Shown piece after piece: positions 17,438 to 26,016 of a stretch of DNA of 32,000 bases. Positions within the stretch are counted from its first letter, which is position 1. Each line of letters begins with the position of its first letter. The stretch is from Pirellula staleyi DSM 6068 (GTDB taxonomy: Bacteria; Planctomycetota; Planctomycetia; Pirellulales; Pirellulaceae): the NCBI GenBank assembly GCA_000025185.1, contig CP001848.1:5490001-5522000 (forward strand), written 5' to 3'. The notes beneath the pieces were generated by a model. The model ran no database searches and was not told the DNA's origin. It saw only the letters and a program-made list of their open reading frames with translations. The position numbers and the translations under genes are program-made.

Positions 17438-17590
17438 ATGGATCTGCCCAGATCGATTTTCGATGACTTTTCGAACGACGGTTGGACAAAGTCTGCTGGT
17501 GAAGTCGCCGCGCGTGATGCACGCCTTGGCGAACTGGATATAGCTACCGTGGATGACGGACGAGCCAAGGCTCACTGGCACCACATTTGA
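17438..17590 (+). CDS. candidate 50-aa acidic small ORF upstream of rpmB
   Basis: Below the track size cutoff. ATG 17438 is preceded by GGGGAGGG at 13 nt. Translation: MDLPRSIFDDFSNDGWTKSAGEVAARDARLGELDIATVDDGRAKAHWHHI. GC3 is only about 52 % (hand count), so coding status is uncertain. Confidence 0.25.
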   Translation: MDLPRSIFDDFSNDGWTKSAGEVAARDARLGELDIATVDDGRAKAHWHHI

Positions 17591-17607
17591 TTTTGAGGAC
17601 TGTTTCG

Positions 17608-17886
17608 ATGGCCTACACGTGCGAATTCTGCGATAAACGAGCCAGCCGCGGCAACCAGGTCGAGACTCGTGGTAAGGCGAAGTACCTCGGTGGCGTCGGT
17701 ACCAAAATCACCGGCATCACCCGCCGCCAGTTCAAGCCGAACCTGCAAAGCGTGAAGATCACCACGCCCAACGGCACCAACACCACCGTTCGCATTTGCA
17801 CCCGCTGCCTGAAGGCTGGCATGGTTCGCAAAGCGGTGAAGCAGGCTCCTTTCAAGCTGCCAGTGGCCGCCAAAGCTGCCAAGTAG
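17608..17886 (+). CDS. rpmB: 50S ribosomal protein L28 (Cys-containing form)
   Basis: MAYTCEFCDKRASRGNQVETRGKAKYLGGVGTKITGITRRQFKPNLQ...RICTRCLKAG. ATG 17608 has GAGGAC about 8 nt upstream (the track starts at 17587). Confidence 0.9.
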   Translation: MAYTCEFCDKRASRGNQVETRGKAKYLGGVGTKITGITRRQFKPNLQSVKITTPNGTNTTVRICTRCLKAGMVRKAVKQAPFKLPVAAKAAK

Positions 17887-17955
17887 TGGCTGTTTCTGGA
17901 ACCTTGTTCCAGCAGACGGACTACTTGCAAATTGGCGACTTACTCTGAACACAAC

Positions 17956-17992
17956 AAAATCGCGTGGTTCGTCTTCGAGCCGCGCGATTTTT
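17956..17992. terminator. rho-independent terminator downstream of rpmB
   Basis: AAAATCGCGTGGTTCG (17956-17971), loop TCTT, and CGAGCCGCGCGATTTT (17976-17991). That is 16 bp including 2 G-U pairs. The A-tract and T-tract flanks could make it work in both directions. Confidence 0.75.
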
Positions 17993-18229
17993 CGTTGCGC
18001 CCAGGTCGCATCTGCCGGGTTTTGAGCGTCTGCCCCCATAACGCTCGCCCCTCGATTTTGGTTTAATCACGTCGCCAGCGATCTTGGCCCCATGGAACGT
18101 TGCGGGCGAACCTTCCCCCTCAACTGCTGACTCTTGTCCTAGGGGGATATTCCCCGTGACTGTGAGTCTGGCGACGACAGGCAAGATCGCCTCCCATGAG
18201 CTTCTGCCGACCTTCTGCGAGATAATCCG

Positions 18230-18520
18230 ATGGCCTTAACGCGAGCCGATGTGGAGAAGATTTCGCTCCTGGGGCGTCTCCGCCTCACGCCGAGCGAACT
18301 CGACACCATGACCGCCCAACTCGGCGCGATCATGCACTATGTCGAGCAACTTTCGGAGCTGAACACCGACGGTGTTCAGCCGATGGCACATGCCCTCGAC
18401 ATCCATAACGTCTTTGCTGACGACGTCGAGCACGCACACTTGCCGCGTGCCGAAGCTTTGGCCAATAGCCCCAAGAACGACGGCCAGTGCTACCGCGTTC
18501 CAGCCGTCCTCGGAGATTAA
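18230..18520 (+). CDS. gatC: Asp/Glu-tRNA amidotransferase subunit C
   Basis: 96 aa. VEKISLLGRLRLTPSELDTMTAQLGAIMHYVEQLSELNTDGVQPM is typical of GatC. It is followed by gatA and gatB. Confidence 0.95.
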   Translation: MALTRADVEKISLLGRLRLTPSELDTMTAQLGAIMHYVEQLSELNTDGVQPMAHALDIHNVFADDVEHAHLPRAEALANSPKNDGQCYRVPAVLGD

Positions 18521-18529
18521 AGGCCCACG

Positions 18530-20068
18530 ATGTCAAACCTCCACAAATCCGCCACCGAACTGGCAGCCGACTTGGCCGCTCGTCGCGTTTCGTCGGCTGA
18601 ACTCACCGCCGAAGTCTTTGCGCGTATCGAAGCGGTCGACAGCCGGGTCGGCGCGTTCCTCTCGACCGATCGCGAAGGGGCTCTCGCCACCGCGAAGAGC
18701 ATCGACGATCGCCGCGCTCGGGGCGAAAAGCTCGGACTCCTCGCAGGCCTCCCCATTGCCGTCAAAGATGTCCTCTGCACCAAGGGTCAGAAGACCACCT
18801 GCGCTTCGAAGATGCTCGCTAACTTTGTGCCACCTTACGATAGCACCGTCGTCGCGAAACTTCGCGCAGCCGATGCTGTGATCGTCGGCAAGACGAACAT
18901 GGACGAGTTCGCGATGGGTGGCAGCACCGAAAACTCGGCCCTCGGCAAAACCGCGAACCCATGGGATCTCTCGCGCGTTCCCGGTGGCAGCAGTGGCGGA
19001 GCAGCGGCCTGCCTCGCCGCCTCGATGGTCCCGCTTTCGATCGGCACCGACACCGGTGGTTCGATTCGCCAGCCAGCAGCACTTTGCGGCGTCACAGGAC
19101 TCAAGCCAACGTACGGACGGGTCAGCCGCTACGGCCTGGTTGCCTTCGCCAGCAGCCTCGATCAGGTCGGACCGATGGCCTGGACCGCTGCCGACAATGC
19201 GTTATTGCTCGAAGCGATCGCTGGCCACGATCCACTCGACAGCACCAGCACCGACATCCCCGTTCCTGCTTATTCGCAGTCGGTCGACAAGCCACTCGCG
19301 GGGCTGAAGCTGGGTCTTGTGCGCGAGCACTTTGGCGAAGGTCTTTCGAGCGAAATCGACTCCGCCATTCGCGAAGCGATGCGGGTCTACGAGTCGCTCG
19401 GCGCGAAGGTCGAAGAAGTTTCGCTTCTGCATGCGAAGTACGGTATCGCCGTCTACTACATCATCGCTCCTTGCGAAGCGTCGAGTAACCTGGCGCGCTA
19501 CGACGGCGTGCACTACGGTTATCGCACCGACGAAAAAACGATGCTCGCCGAATTGGCCGAAGAGCGCGAAAAGCTCGAGAAATCGGGCGATCGCGCCGCC
19601 ATCGCCGCGCTCGACTCGCCTCTCGTGCGGCTGTACCGGAAGACCCGCGCGGAAGGCTTTGGCAGTGAAGTCAAACGCCGCATCATGCTCGGCACTTATG
19701 CCCTGAGCGCTGGCTACTACGATGCCTATTACCTCAAGGCCCTCAAAGTCCGCCGCTTGATTCGTGGCGACTACGATGCCGCCTTTGCGAAGGTCGATTT
19801 CATCGTCGGCCCCACGACGCCGAACCCTGCGTTCAAACTGGCCGAAAAGACCGGCGATCCACTGTCGATGTACCTCGAAGATCTTTACACCGTCACCGCC
19901 AACTTGGCTGGCATCGGCGGCATGAGTGTTCCTTGCGGACTCACTTCGAGCGGCCTTCCGATCGGTCTGCAGATTCAATGTCGACCGTTCGATGAAGAGC
20001 GCCTGTTGCAAGCCGCAGCCATGTATCAGCGTGCCACGGACTGGCACACTCGGAGGCCTTCGCTATGA
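18530..20068 (+). CDS. gatA: Asp/Glu-tRNA amidotransferase subunit A
   Basis: Amidase signature GGSSGGAAACLAASMVPLSIGTDTGGSIRQPAALCGVTGLKPTYGRVSRYG. Length 512 aa. Confidence 0.97.
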   Translation: MSNLHKSATELAADLAARRVSSAELTAEVFARIEAVDSRVGAFLSTDREGALATAKSIDDRRARGEKLGLLAGLPIAVKDVLCTKGQKTTCASKMLANFVPPYDSTVVAKLRAADAVIVGKTNMDEFAMGGSTENSALGKTANPWDLSRVPGGSSGGAAACLAASMVPLSIGTDTGGSIRQPAALCGVTGLKPTYGRVSRYGLVAFASSLDQVGPMAWTAADNALLLEAIAGHDPLDSTSTDIPVPAYSQSVDKPLAGLKLGLVREHFGEGLSSEIDSAIREAMRVYESLGAKVEEVSLLHAKYGIAVYYIIAPCEASSNLARYDGVHYGYRTDEKTMLAELAEEREKLEKSGDRAAIAALDSPLVRLYRKTRAEGFGSEVKRRIMLGTYALSAGYYDAYYLKALKVRRLIRGDYDAAFAKVDFIVGPTTPNPAFKLAEKTGDPLSMYLEDLYTVTANLAGIGGMSVPCGLTSSGLPIGLQIQCRPFDEERLLQAAAMYQRATDWHTRRPSL

Positions 20069-21555
20069 CCACCTACACCAGTGGCGACCTCACCTACGAC
20101 ATGATCGTCGGGCTCGAAGTCCACGTGCAGCTGCTTACCAAAACCAAACTGTTTTGTCGCTGTAGCACCAAGTTCGGCGCCGATCCCAACACCCAAACGT
20201 GCCCCGTTTGCATCGGCATGCCCGGCACGCTTCCGGTGATGAACAAAGAGGCGTTTCGCCTCGGTCTGCGCACCGCAGTGGCGCTCGGCTGTACGATCCC
20301 CGAGTTCACCAAGTGGGATCGCAAAAACTACTACTATCCCGATCTCCCCAAGGGATATCAGATCAGTCAGTACGACCTGCCAATGTCGGCCAAAGGTCAT
20401 CTCGACATCTTTGATACCAAAGGTGAATTCGAGCCCAAGCGAGTCGGCATCACCCGCGCACATCTCGAAGAAGATGCGGGCAAAAGCCAGCACGACGAAG
20501 CTGCCGGCAAGAGCGACAGCCGCATCGATCTGAACCGCACCGGCACGCCGCTGCTCGAGATCGTAAGCGAGCCCGACATGCGCAGTCCGCGTGAAGCACG
20601 GGCCTATTTGACCGAGCTGCGATTGCTGCTGCTCTACCTCGGCGTTTCCGACTGCAACATGCAGGAAGGGAGCTTGCGCGTCGATGCGAATGTGAACATT
20701 CACATCCACACGCCCGAGGGCAAAAAAGCGACGCCAATTGTCGAGATCAAGAACCTCAACAGCTTCCGCCACATCGAGCGCGCTTTGGCCTATGAAGCCT
20801 CACGCCAACTCGAAGCGTGGCGCGAAAATGGCCGCGTGATTGGTCAGTATCCCAAGCAAACTCGCGGCTGGGACGACGCCAAAGGGATCACGCTCCCGCA
20901 GCGCGAAAAAGAAGAGTCGAGCGACTATCGCTACTTCCCTGAGCCCGATCTCTTGCCGGTGATCGTCAGGCCAGCTGAAGTCGACGAGGTGCGCAAGCAA
21001 CTTCCCGAGCTCCCTTGGGTCCTCCGCAAGCGGCTCGAGACGACGTATGGCATCACCGCTTACGATAGCGACGTGATTGTTTCGCAGCAGCGGTCGCTGG
21101 TCGACTATTATGAAACGGTCGCCAAGTTGTGCGGCGATGGCAAACGGGCGAGCAACTGGGTGACGCAAGAAGTGCTGCGCGTCCTGAACGAACAATCGAT
21201 GGAGCTCGCCGATTTTCCACTCTCGGCCGAAACATTGGCCGAGCTGGTCAAACTGATCGTCGCCGGCGATCTCGATGTCACGCGCGGCAAAGAAGTGTTC
21301 AACGACATGGTGGTGAATAAGCGATCGGTCGCTGACACCATGCAAGCGCTCGGTATTGCCAAGGTCGATCTTTCGGAGCTCGAAGCGATTTGCCGCGAGA
21401 TCGTGAGTGCGAATCCTAAGGTGGTCGCCGACGTCAAAGGTGGTAAGCAACAAGCGGTCAGTTCGCTGATTGGTCAAGCCAAGAAGCGAAACCCCAACGC
21501 CAGCCCCGCCGACGTCAAACGCATTTGCCTCGAGATCATCGAAGCCTTGCCGTAG
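20065..21555 (+). CDS. gatB: Asp/Glu-tRNA amidotransferase subunit B
   Basis: ATGA overlap with gatA. IVGLEVHVQLLTKTKLFC.C....G..PNT..CPVC.G.PG.LPV, and a C-terminal GatB_Yqey tail. Confidence 0.97.
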   Translation: MTTYTSGDLTYDMIVGLEVHVQLLTKTKLFCRCSTKFGADPNTQTCPVCIGMPGTLPVMNKEAFRLGLRTAVALGCTIPEFTKWDRKNYYYPDLPKGYQISQYDLPMSAKGHLDIFDTKGEFEPKRVGITRAHLEEDAGKSQHDEAAGKSDSRIDLNRTGTPLLEIVSEPDMRSPREARAYLTELRLLLLYLGVSDCNMQEGSLRVDANVNIHIHTPEGKKATPIVEIKNLNSFRHIERALAYEASRQLEAWRENGRVIGQYPKQTRGWDDAKGITLPQREKEESSDYRYFPEPDLLPVIVRPAEVDEVRKQLPELPWVLRKRLETTYGITAYDSDVIVSQQRSLVDYYETVAKLCGDGKRASNWVTQEVLRVLNEQSMELADFPLSAETLAELVKLIVAGDLDVTRGKEVFNDMVVNKRSVADTMQALGIAKVDLSELEAICREIVSANPKVVADVKGGKQQAVSSLIGQAKKRNPNASPADVKRICLEIIEALP

Positions 21556-21613
21556 GTCAGGCTCCCGTCTGACAGAAAAAATGGTAGGTCAGGTACTCCG
21601 TACCTGACAGAAA
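21553..21613 (+). repeat. tandem pair of related hairpin elements starting at the gatB stop codon
   Basis: Copy 1, 21553-21578: TAGGTCAGG-CTCCCGT-CTGACAGAAA. Copy 2, 21585-21613: TAGGTCAGG-TACTCCGTAC-CTGACAGAAA. Copy 2 forms a perfect 9 bp stem, GTCAGGTAC/GTACCTGAC (21588-21608). Confidence 0.6.
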
Positions 21614-21679
21614 CTTTAGCCTCTAGTTCCTGGTCCCTAGCCTCTCTCTCCCCATCGGTTTTCAAAGGCAGATGTTGTC

Positions 21680-22804
21680 ATGCGAGTAGGTCTTGTTGGT
21701 TGGCGCGGCATGGTTGGTTCGGTCCTCATGAATCGCATGGAGGCGGAAGGGGACTTCGCGCTCATCGATCCTGTTTGTTTCACGACCTCCAGCGTCGGCG
21801 CCGACGGCCCTACGCTCGGTGGGAAAGCGACTGGCAAACTGCTCGACGCCAAAGATATCGCCGCGCTCGCCAGCATGGATGCCATCATCAGCTGCCAAGG
21901 TGGCGATTACACCACCGAGATCTATCCCAAACTGCGTGAAGCGGGCTACACCGGCTACTGGATCGATGCTGCTTCGACCCTGCGGATGAAAGACAACGCC
22001 GTCATCATTCTCGATCCGGTGAACAATGCCGTGATCGACAGTGCCCTGAAGAGCGGCATCAAGGATTACGTCGGCGGTAACTGCACGGTCAGCTTGATGT
22101 TGATGGCTTGCCAAGGGCTGTTTGCTGCCGGTCTTGTCGAGTGGATGACCTCGATGACCTACCAAGCAGCATCCGGGGCAGGGGCCCAAAACATGCGCGA
22201 GCTGCTCGCTCAAATGGGAACCGCCCATGCCTGCGTTTCGTCGCTCCTCTCCGACCCAGCTTCGGCGATTCTCGAAATCGATCGCAAGGTGGCTGAAGAG
22301 CTGCGTAGCTCCGCCTTTCCGACCAAGAACTTCGGTGTGCCACTCGCTGGCAGCTTGATCCCCTGGATCGACAAAGACCTTGGCAACGGCCAGTCGAAGG
22401 AAGAATGGAAGGGGCAGGTCGAGACGAACAAGATTCTCGGCAACACCACGTCGATCATTCCGGTCGATGGCATTTGTGTCCGCATCAGCGCCATGCGTTG
22501 CCATAGCCAGGCCCTTACGATCAAACTCACCAAGGATGTGCCGATCGCCGAGATCGAAACGATGCTGGCCGCTGCGAACGAGTGGGTGAAAGTGATCCCC
22601 AACGAGCGTGAGGCGTCGATCTACGGTCTTTCGCCCGCTGCGGTCACCGGTACGCTCACCGTTCCGATCGGACGCCTGCGTAAGATCAACCTCGAGCCCT
22701 CAGCGCCAGGCCGGTTCCTCACCGCGTTCACCTGCGGCGATCAGCTCTTGTGGGGCGCTGCAGAACCACTGCGTCGCATGCTTCGAATCCTGCTCGCGCG
22801 ATAG
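21680..22804 (+). CDS. asd: aspartate-semialdehyde dehydrogenase
   Basis: Collinear with E. coli-type Asd as I remember it ([17 protein letters not shown]; [36 protein letters not shown]; [11 protein letters not shown]; [15 protein letters not shown]). Confidence 0.97.
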   Translation: MRVGLVGWRGMVGSVLMNRMEAEGDFALIDPVCFTTSSVGADGPTLGGKATGKLLDAKDIAALASMDAIISCQGGDYTTEIYPKLREAGYTGYWIDAASTLRMKDNAVIILDPVNNAVIDSALKSGIKDYVGGNCTVSLMLMACQGLFAAGLVEWMTSMTYQAASGAGAQNMRELLAQMGTAHACVSSLLSDPASAILEIDRKVAEELRSSAFPTKNFGVPLAGSLIPWIDKDLGNGQSKEEWKGQVETNKILGNTTSIIPVDGICVRISAMRCHSQALTIKLTKDVPIAEIETMLAAANEWVKVIPNEREASIYGLSPAAVTGTLTVPIGRLRKINLEPSAPGRFLTAFTCGDQLLWGAAEPLRRMLRILLAR

Positions 22805-22816
22805 TTTCGTGGTCTC

Positions 22817-23674
22817 ATGCGTACGTTCAAACTCACGCTCGCCTACGACGGCACCAACTTTGGTGGTTGGCAATGGCAGCCGAATCGACGTACCGTACAA
22901 GACGAGCTTGAAAAAGCGGTCGAAACCATCACGGGAGTTCGCTCCCGTTTCGTCGCCAGCGGCCGCACCGATGCGGGCGTGCATGCCCTCGGGCAAGTGG
23001 CAGCCTTCTCGTCGGAAACCGGTATCGATCCGGCGGGTCTCCTGAAGGGACTGAATGCCAAAGTCCCGGACGACATCTTCATTTTTGATGTCGTGGAAGT
23101 TCCGCTGGCGTTTCATCCGATCCGAGATGCGGTGCGTAAGCGTTATCGTTACGTGGTGCAAGATGGTCCGCTACGTGACATTTTCGATCGTCAGTATGCG
23201 TGGCATGTGCGACAGCCGCTCGACGAGCAGGCGATGCTCGAAGCTTCACGACTACTGCTCGGGGAGCATGATTTTGCCAGCTTTCAAACGAGTGGCTCAT
23301 CGCGGCTAACGACCGAGCGAAACGTGCTCGACATCAGCGTCGAACGGGTCGATGGAGCGCGGACGAGTCGCGTGCATGTGGAAGTGGAGGCTGACGGCTT
23401 TCTGTTCAACATGGTGCGAAATATCGTCGGCACGCTGGTGGAAGTGGGGAAGGGGACGCGCCCCGTGGCATGGACCCGAGAGGTGCTCGAGTCGCGCGAT
23501 CGACGCCGTGCTGGGATGACCGCTCCGGCGCAAGGGCTTTTCATGATCGGCGTGCACTACGACGCCGATTCGACTAGCATGGAGCGAGTTGCTCCGTCGG
23601 CAGATCCGCGCAACCTGCAAGGGCTCGGGGTGCGTGTTATGGGACAGCCGATCGCGGCCGACGAACAGGAGTAG
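22817..23674 (+). CDS. truA: tRNA pseudouridine(38-40) synthase
   Basis: KLTLAYDGTNFGGWQWQP...SGRTDAGVHALGQVAAF...FLFNMVRNIVGTLVEVG. Confidence 0.95.
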   Translation: MRTFKLTLAYDGTNFGGWQWQPNRRTVQDELEKAVETITGVRSRFVASGRTDAGVHALGQVAAFSSETGIDPAGLLKGLNAKVPDDIFIFDVVEVPLAFHPIRDAVRKRYRYVVQDGPLRDIFDRQYAWHVRQPLDEQAMLEASRLLLGEHDFASFQTSGSSRLTTERNVLDISVERVDGARTSRVHVEVEADGFLFNMVRNIVGTLVEVGKGTRPVAWTREVLESRDRRRAGMTAPAQGLFMIGVHYDADSTSMERVAPSADPRNLQGLGVRVMGQPIAADEQE

Positions 23675-23682
23675 CTCGTTCG

Positions 23683-24849
23683 ATGCGTGTTTGCCATATC
23701 ATCACGCGTATGATCGTCGGCGGCGCGCAAGAGAACACGCTCTACAACTGCCGCGATCTGATCGAGCAGTATCACGACGACGTGCTGCTGCTCACAGGCC
23801 CATCGCTTGGCCCCGAAGGGAGCTTACTGGAGCAGGGGAGGGGAGTTGCGGTTCCGACCGAGGTAATCCCTTCGCTCCGCCGCTCGATCCACCCGTGGCA
23901 CGACCTGCAAGCCTACCGCGCGATTCGCCGCTCGCTCGCGCGCTACCGGCCTGACGTTGTGCATACGCACTCGGCCAAGGCTGGCATTCTCGGACGCTTT
24001 GCAGCCTGGTCGCTGGGGATTCCGGCGATCGTGCATACGGTGCATGGTGCGCCGTTTTATCCCACGCAGTCGTATGTCACCCGCACGTTCTATCAGATGT
24101 GCGAGCGGAGCGCGGCCCGGCGCTGCCACGCGCTCATCAGCGTCGCCGATGCAATGACCGACCTGATGGTCGATGCCAAGATTGCTCCGCGAGAAAAGTT
24201 CACCACCATCTCGAGTGGCATGGAAGTCGAGCCACTCCTGAAGGCCCAGCAGCATCGGGCTCGCCGACGAAAAGAACTGGGGCTCACCGACAGCGATATT
24301 GTGATCGGCAAGATCGCGCGGCTGTTCGAGCTCAAAGGACACGACGACGTCATCGCTGCTGCCCGGCGCGTGGTCGCGCAAGCTCCTCAGGTAAAATTTC
24401 TGTTCGTCGGTGATGGTATCTTGCGGCAGTCGCTCGAACAGCAGATCGCCGCAGCAGGGCTCACGAAGCATTTTCTGTTTACCGGTCTGGTTCCCCCCTC
24501 GACGATTCCTGAGCAAATTGCAGCGATGGATTTGCTGGTGCATGCCAGTTTGCGGGAAGGGCTCGCGCGGGCGTTGCCGCAAGCCTTGATCGCGGGGATT
24601 CCGGTGGTGAGCTACGACATCGATGGCGCGCGGGAAGTGACGCTCCACGATCAAACCGGTTACCTCATCGCGCCGCGCGACGTCGACGCCCTGGCAACGG
24701 CGCTTCTGCGGCTCGCTAGCGACGAAAATCTCCGCCGTAAACTGGGCCAGCATGGTCAGCAGCGATTTGCCGACCAGTTTCGCCACGAAACGATGACCCG
24801 CAGCATCCGCGAGCTTTACGAGCGCGTTTTAGCCACGAATCGCCCGTGA
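23683..24849 (+). CDS. GT4-family (GT-B) glycosyltransferase
   Basis: MRVCHIITRMIVGGAQENT, and a C-terminal group 1 pattern (FLFVGDG...L.....L....F.G.V......I...D.LVHASLREGLARALPQALIAGIPVVSYDIDGAREV). Confidence 0.9.
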   Translation: MRVCHIITRMIVGGAQENTLYNCRDLIEQYHDDVLLLTGPSLGPEGSLLEQGRGVAVPTEVIPSLRRSIHPWHDLQAYRAIRRSLARYRPDVVHTHSAKAGILGRFAAWSLGIPAIVHTVHGAPFYPTQSYVTRTFYQMCERSAARRCHALISVADAMTDLMVDAKIAPREKFTTISSGMEVEPLLKAQQHRARRRKELGLTDSDIVIGKIARLFELKGHDDVIAAARRVVAQAPQVKFLFVGDGILRQSLEQQIAAAGLTKHFLFTGLVPPSTIPEQIAAMDLLVHASLREGLARALPQALIAGIPVVSYDIDGAREVTLHDQTGYLIAPRDVDALATALLRLASDENLRRKLGQHGQQRFADQFRHETMTRSIRELYERVLATNRP

Positions 24850-24852
24850 ATT

Positions 24853-24913
24853 CCCCCTGCCAAATCGTCCCGGAAGAGCAGGGGAGGGGACGGCCGTTGG
24901 TCTTTCCCCTGCC
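24853..24913 (+). promoter_or_regulatory. mutually exclusive hairpins between the GT4 gene and the kinase gene
   Basis: The G-rich GCAGGGGA (24878-24885) can pair either with the upstream CCCCTGC (24854-24860) or with the downstream TCCCCTGC (24905-24912). Confidence 0.35.
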
Positions 24914-24946
24914 GAGCCGCTGAAGTAGACTACAGTTGTTTGGAAT

Positions 24947-25891
24947 TTGCCGATTTTACGGCCGTTTCAGCCTCTCCATCGGGATACTTTTGCCGTGACA
25001 CGCCCTCGCGACTTTCTTGGATCGTACCGACTGGTGCGCCTGATTCGCGTAGGCCACACCACCCAAGTTTGGGAAGCGGCGAAGACCGACGATACTGTTC
25101 GCTACGTGCTTAAAGTGCTGATTCCCGACCTGCGTAAAAATCGCGAAGAAGTCGCTCAGCTGAAGCAAGAGTTCGAAGTCGGCAAGGGACTCAAACACCC
25201 TAACGTCATCAAGATCTACGAGTTCAACACCGACGGCGAAGTGCCGTACCTGGTGATGGAACACTTCGAGCATCCCAACTTAAAGCTGCTGCTCCGGGCT
25301 GGTCCACAGCCGATCGCTTACCTCACCAACCCGATCATCGAGCAGTCGGCCGAAGCGCTCTTTTATCTGCATAGCGAAGGGTGGATCCATCGCGACGTGA
25401 AGCCCGATAACTTCCTGGTCTCCGACGACGGAACGGTGAAGCTGATCGACTTTGCGATCTCGCAAAAGCAGAAGAAGGGGATCGCCGCGCTGCTGAATCG
25501 CTGGAACAAAGTGCAGGGGACTCGCAGCTACATGTCGCCGGAGCAGATCCGAGGACAGAATCTCGACCCCCGTGCCGATATCTACAGCTTCGGCTGTGTG
25601 CTGTTCGAACTTCTCAGTGGCAAAGCGCCGTTCACAGGCGATTCGGCGAACGATCTGCTGAACAAGCATCTCTACGCTTCGATCCCGAGTGTGCAAGCTC
25701 ACAACGACAACGTCACTCCCGAGTTCGCCGCGCTGATTCGCAAGATGATGTCGAAGGTGCGCGACGAGCGTCCCCCGACGATGTGGGAGTTCCTCAAGGC
25801 ATTCCGCAACATGCGTGTCTTGAAGCAGATTCCTAAACCACCTGCTGTTCGTGCTCTGCCGAAAGACGAACGCAAAACCTTTAATACCTAA
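24947..25891 (+). CDS. Ser/Thr protein kinase (kinase domain only)
   Basis: HRDVKPDNFLV catalytic loop, DFAIS (DFG-equivalent), GTRSYMSPEQ, and the K of YVLKVL. There is no in-frame ATG, so the start is TTG 24947 or GTG 24995. Confidence 0.85.
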   Translation: MPILRPFQPLHRDTFAVTRPRDFLGSYRLVRLIRVGHTTQVWEAAKTDDTVRYVLKVLIPDLRKNREEVAQLKQEFEVGKGLKHPNVIKIYEFNTDGEVPYLVMEHFEHPNLKLLLRAGPQPIAYLTNPIIEQSAEALFYLHSEGWIHRDVKPDNFLVSDDGTVKLIDFAISQKQKKGIAALLNRWNKVQGTRSYMSPEQIRGQNLDPRADIYSFGCVLFELLSGKAPFTGDSANDLLNKHLYASIPSVQAHNDNVTPEFAALIRKMMSKVRDERPPTMWEFLKAFRNMRVLKQIPKPPAVRALPKDERKTFNT

Positions 25892-26016
25892 GTTTGTTTA
25901 CAGCGTACTTCCTCGCTTAACGACTCTGTGCACCATGACACCGACAGCGGCCCACGGAAGGGGCCCCGGATCATTCGGGACCAAGTCAGCGCGGGAACCG
26001 CTTGGGAGATTGCTTG

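Noticed and set aside
24876-24900. G-quadruplex potential of GGGGAGGGGACGGCCGTTGG and related G-runs
   Set aside because: There are only two runs of >=3 G per site, which is not enough for a canonical intramolecular G4. The hairpin and repeat interpretation fits better.
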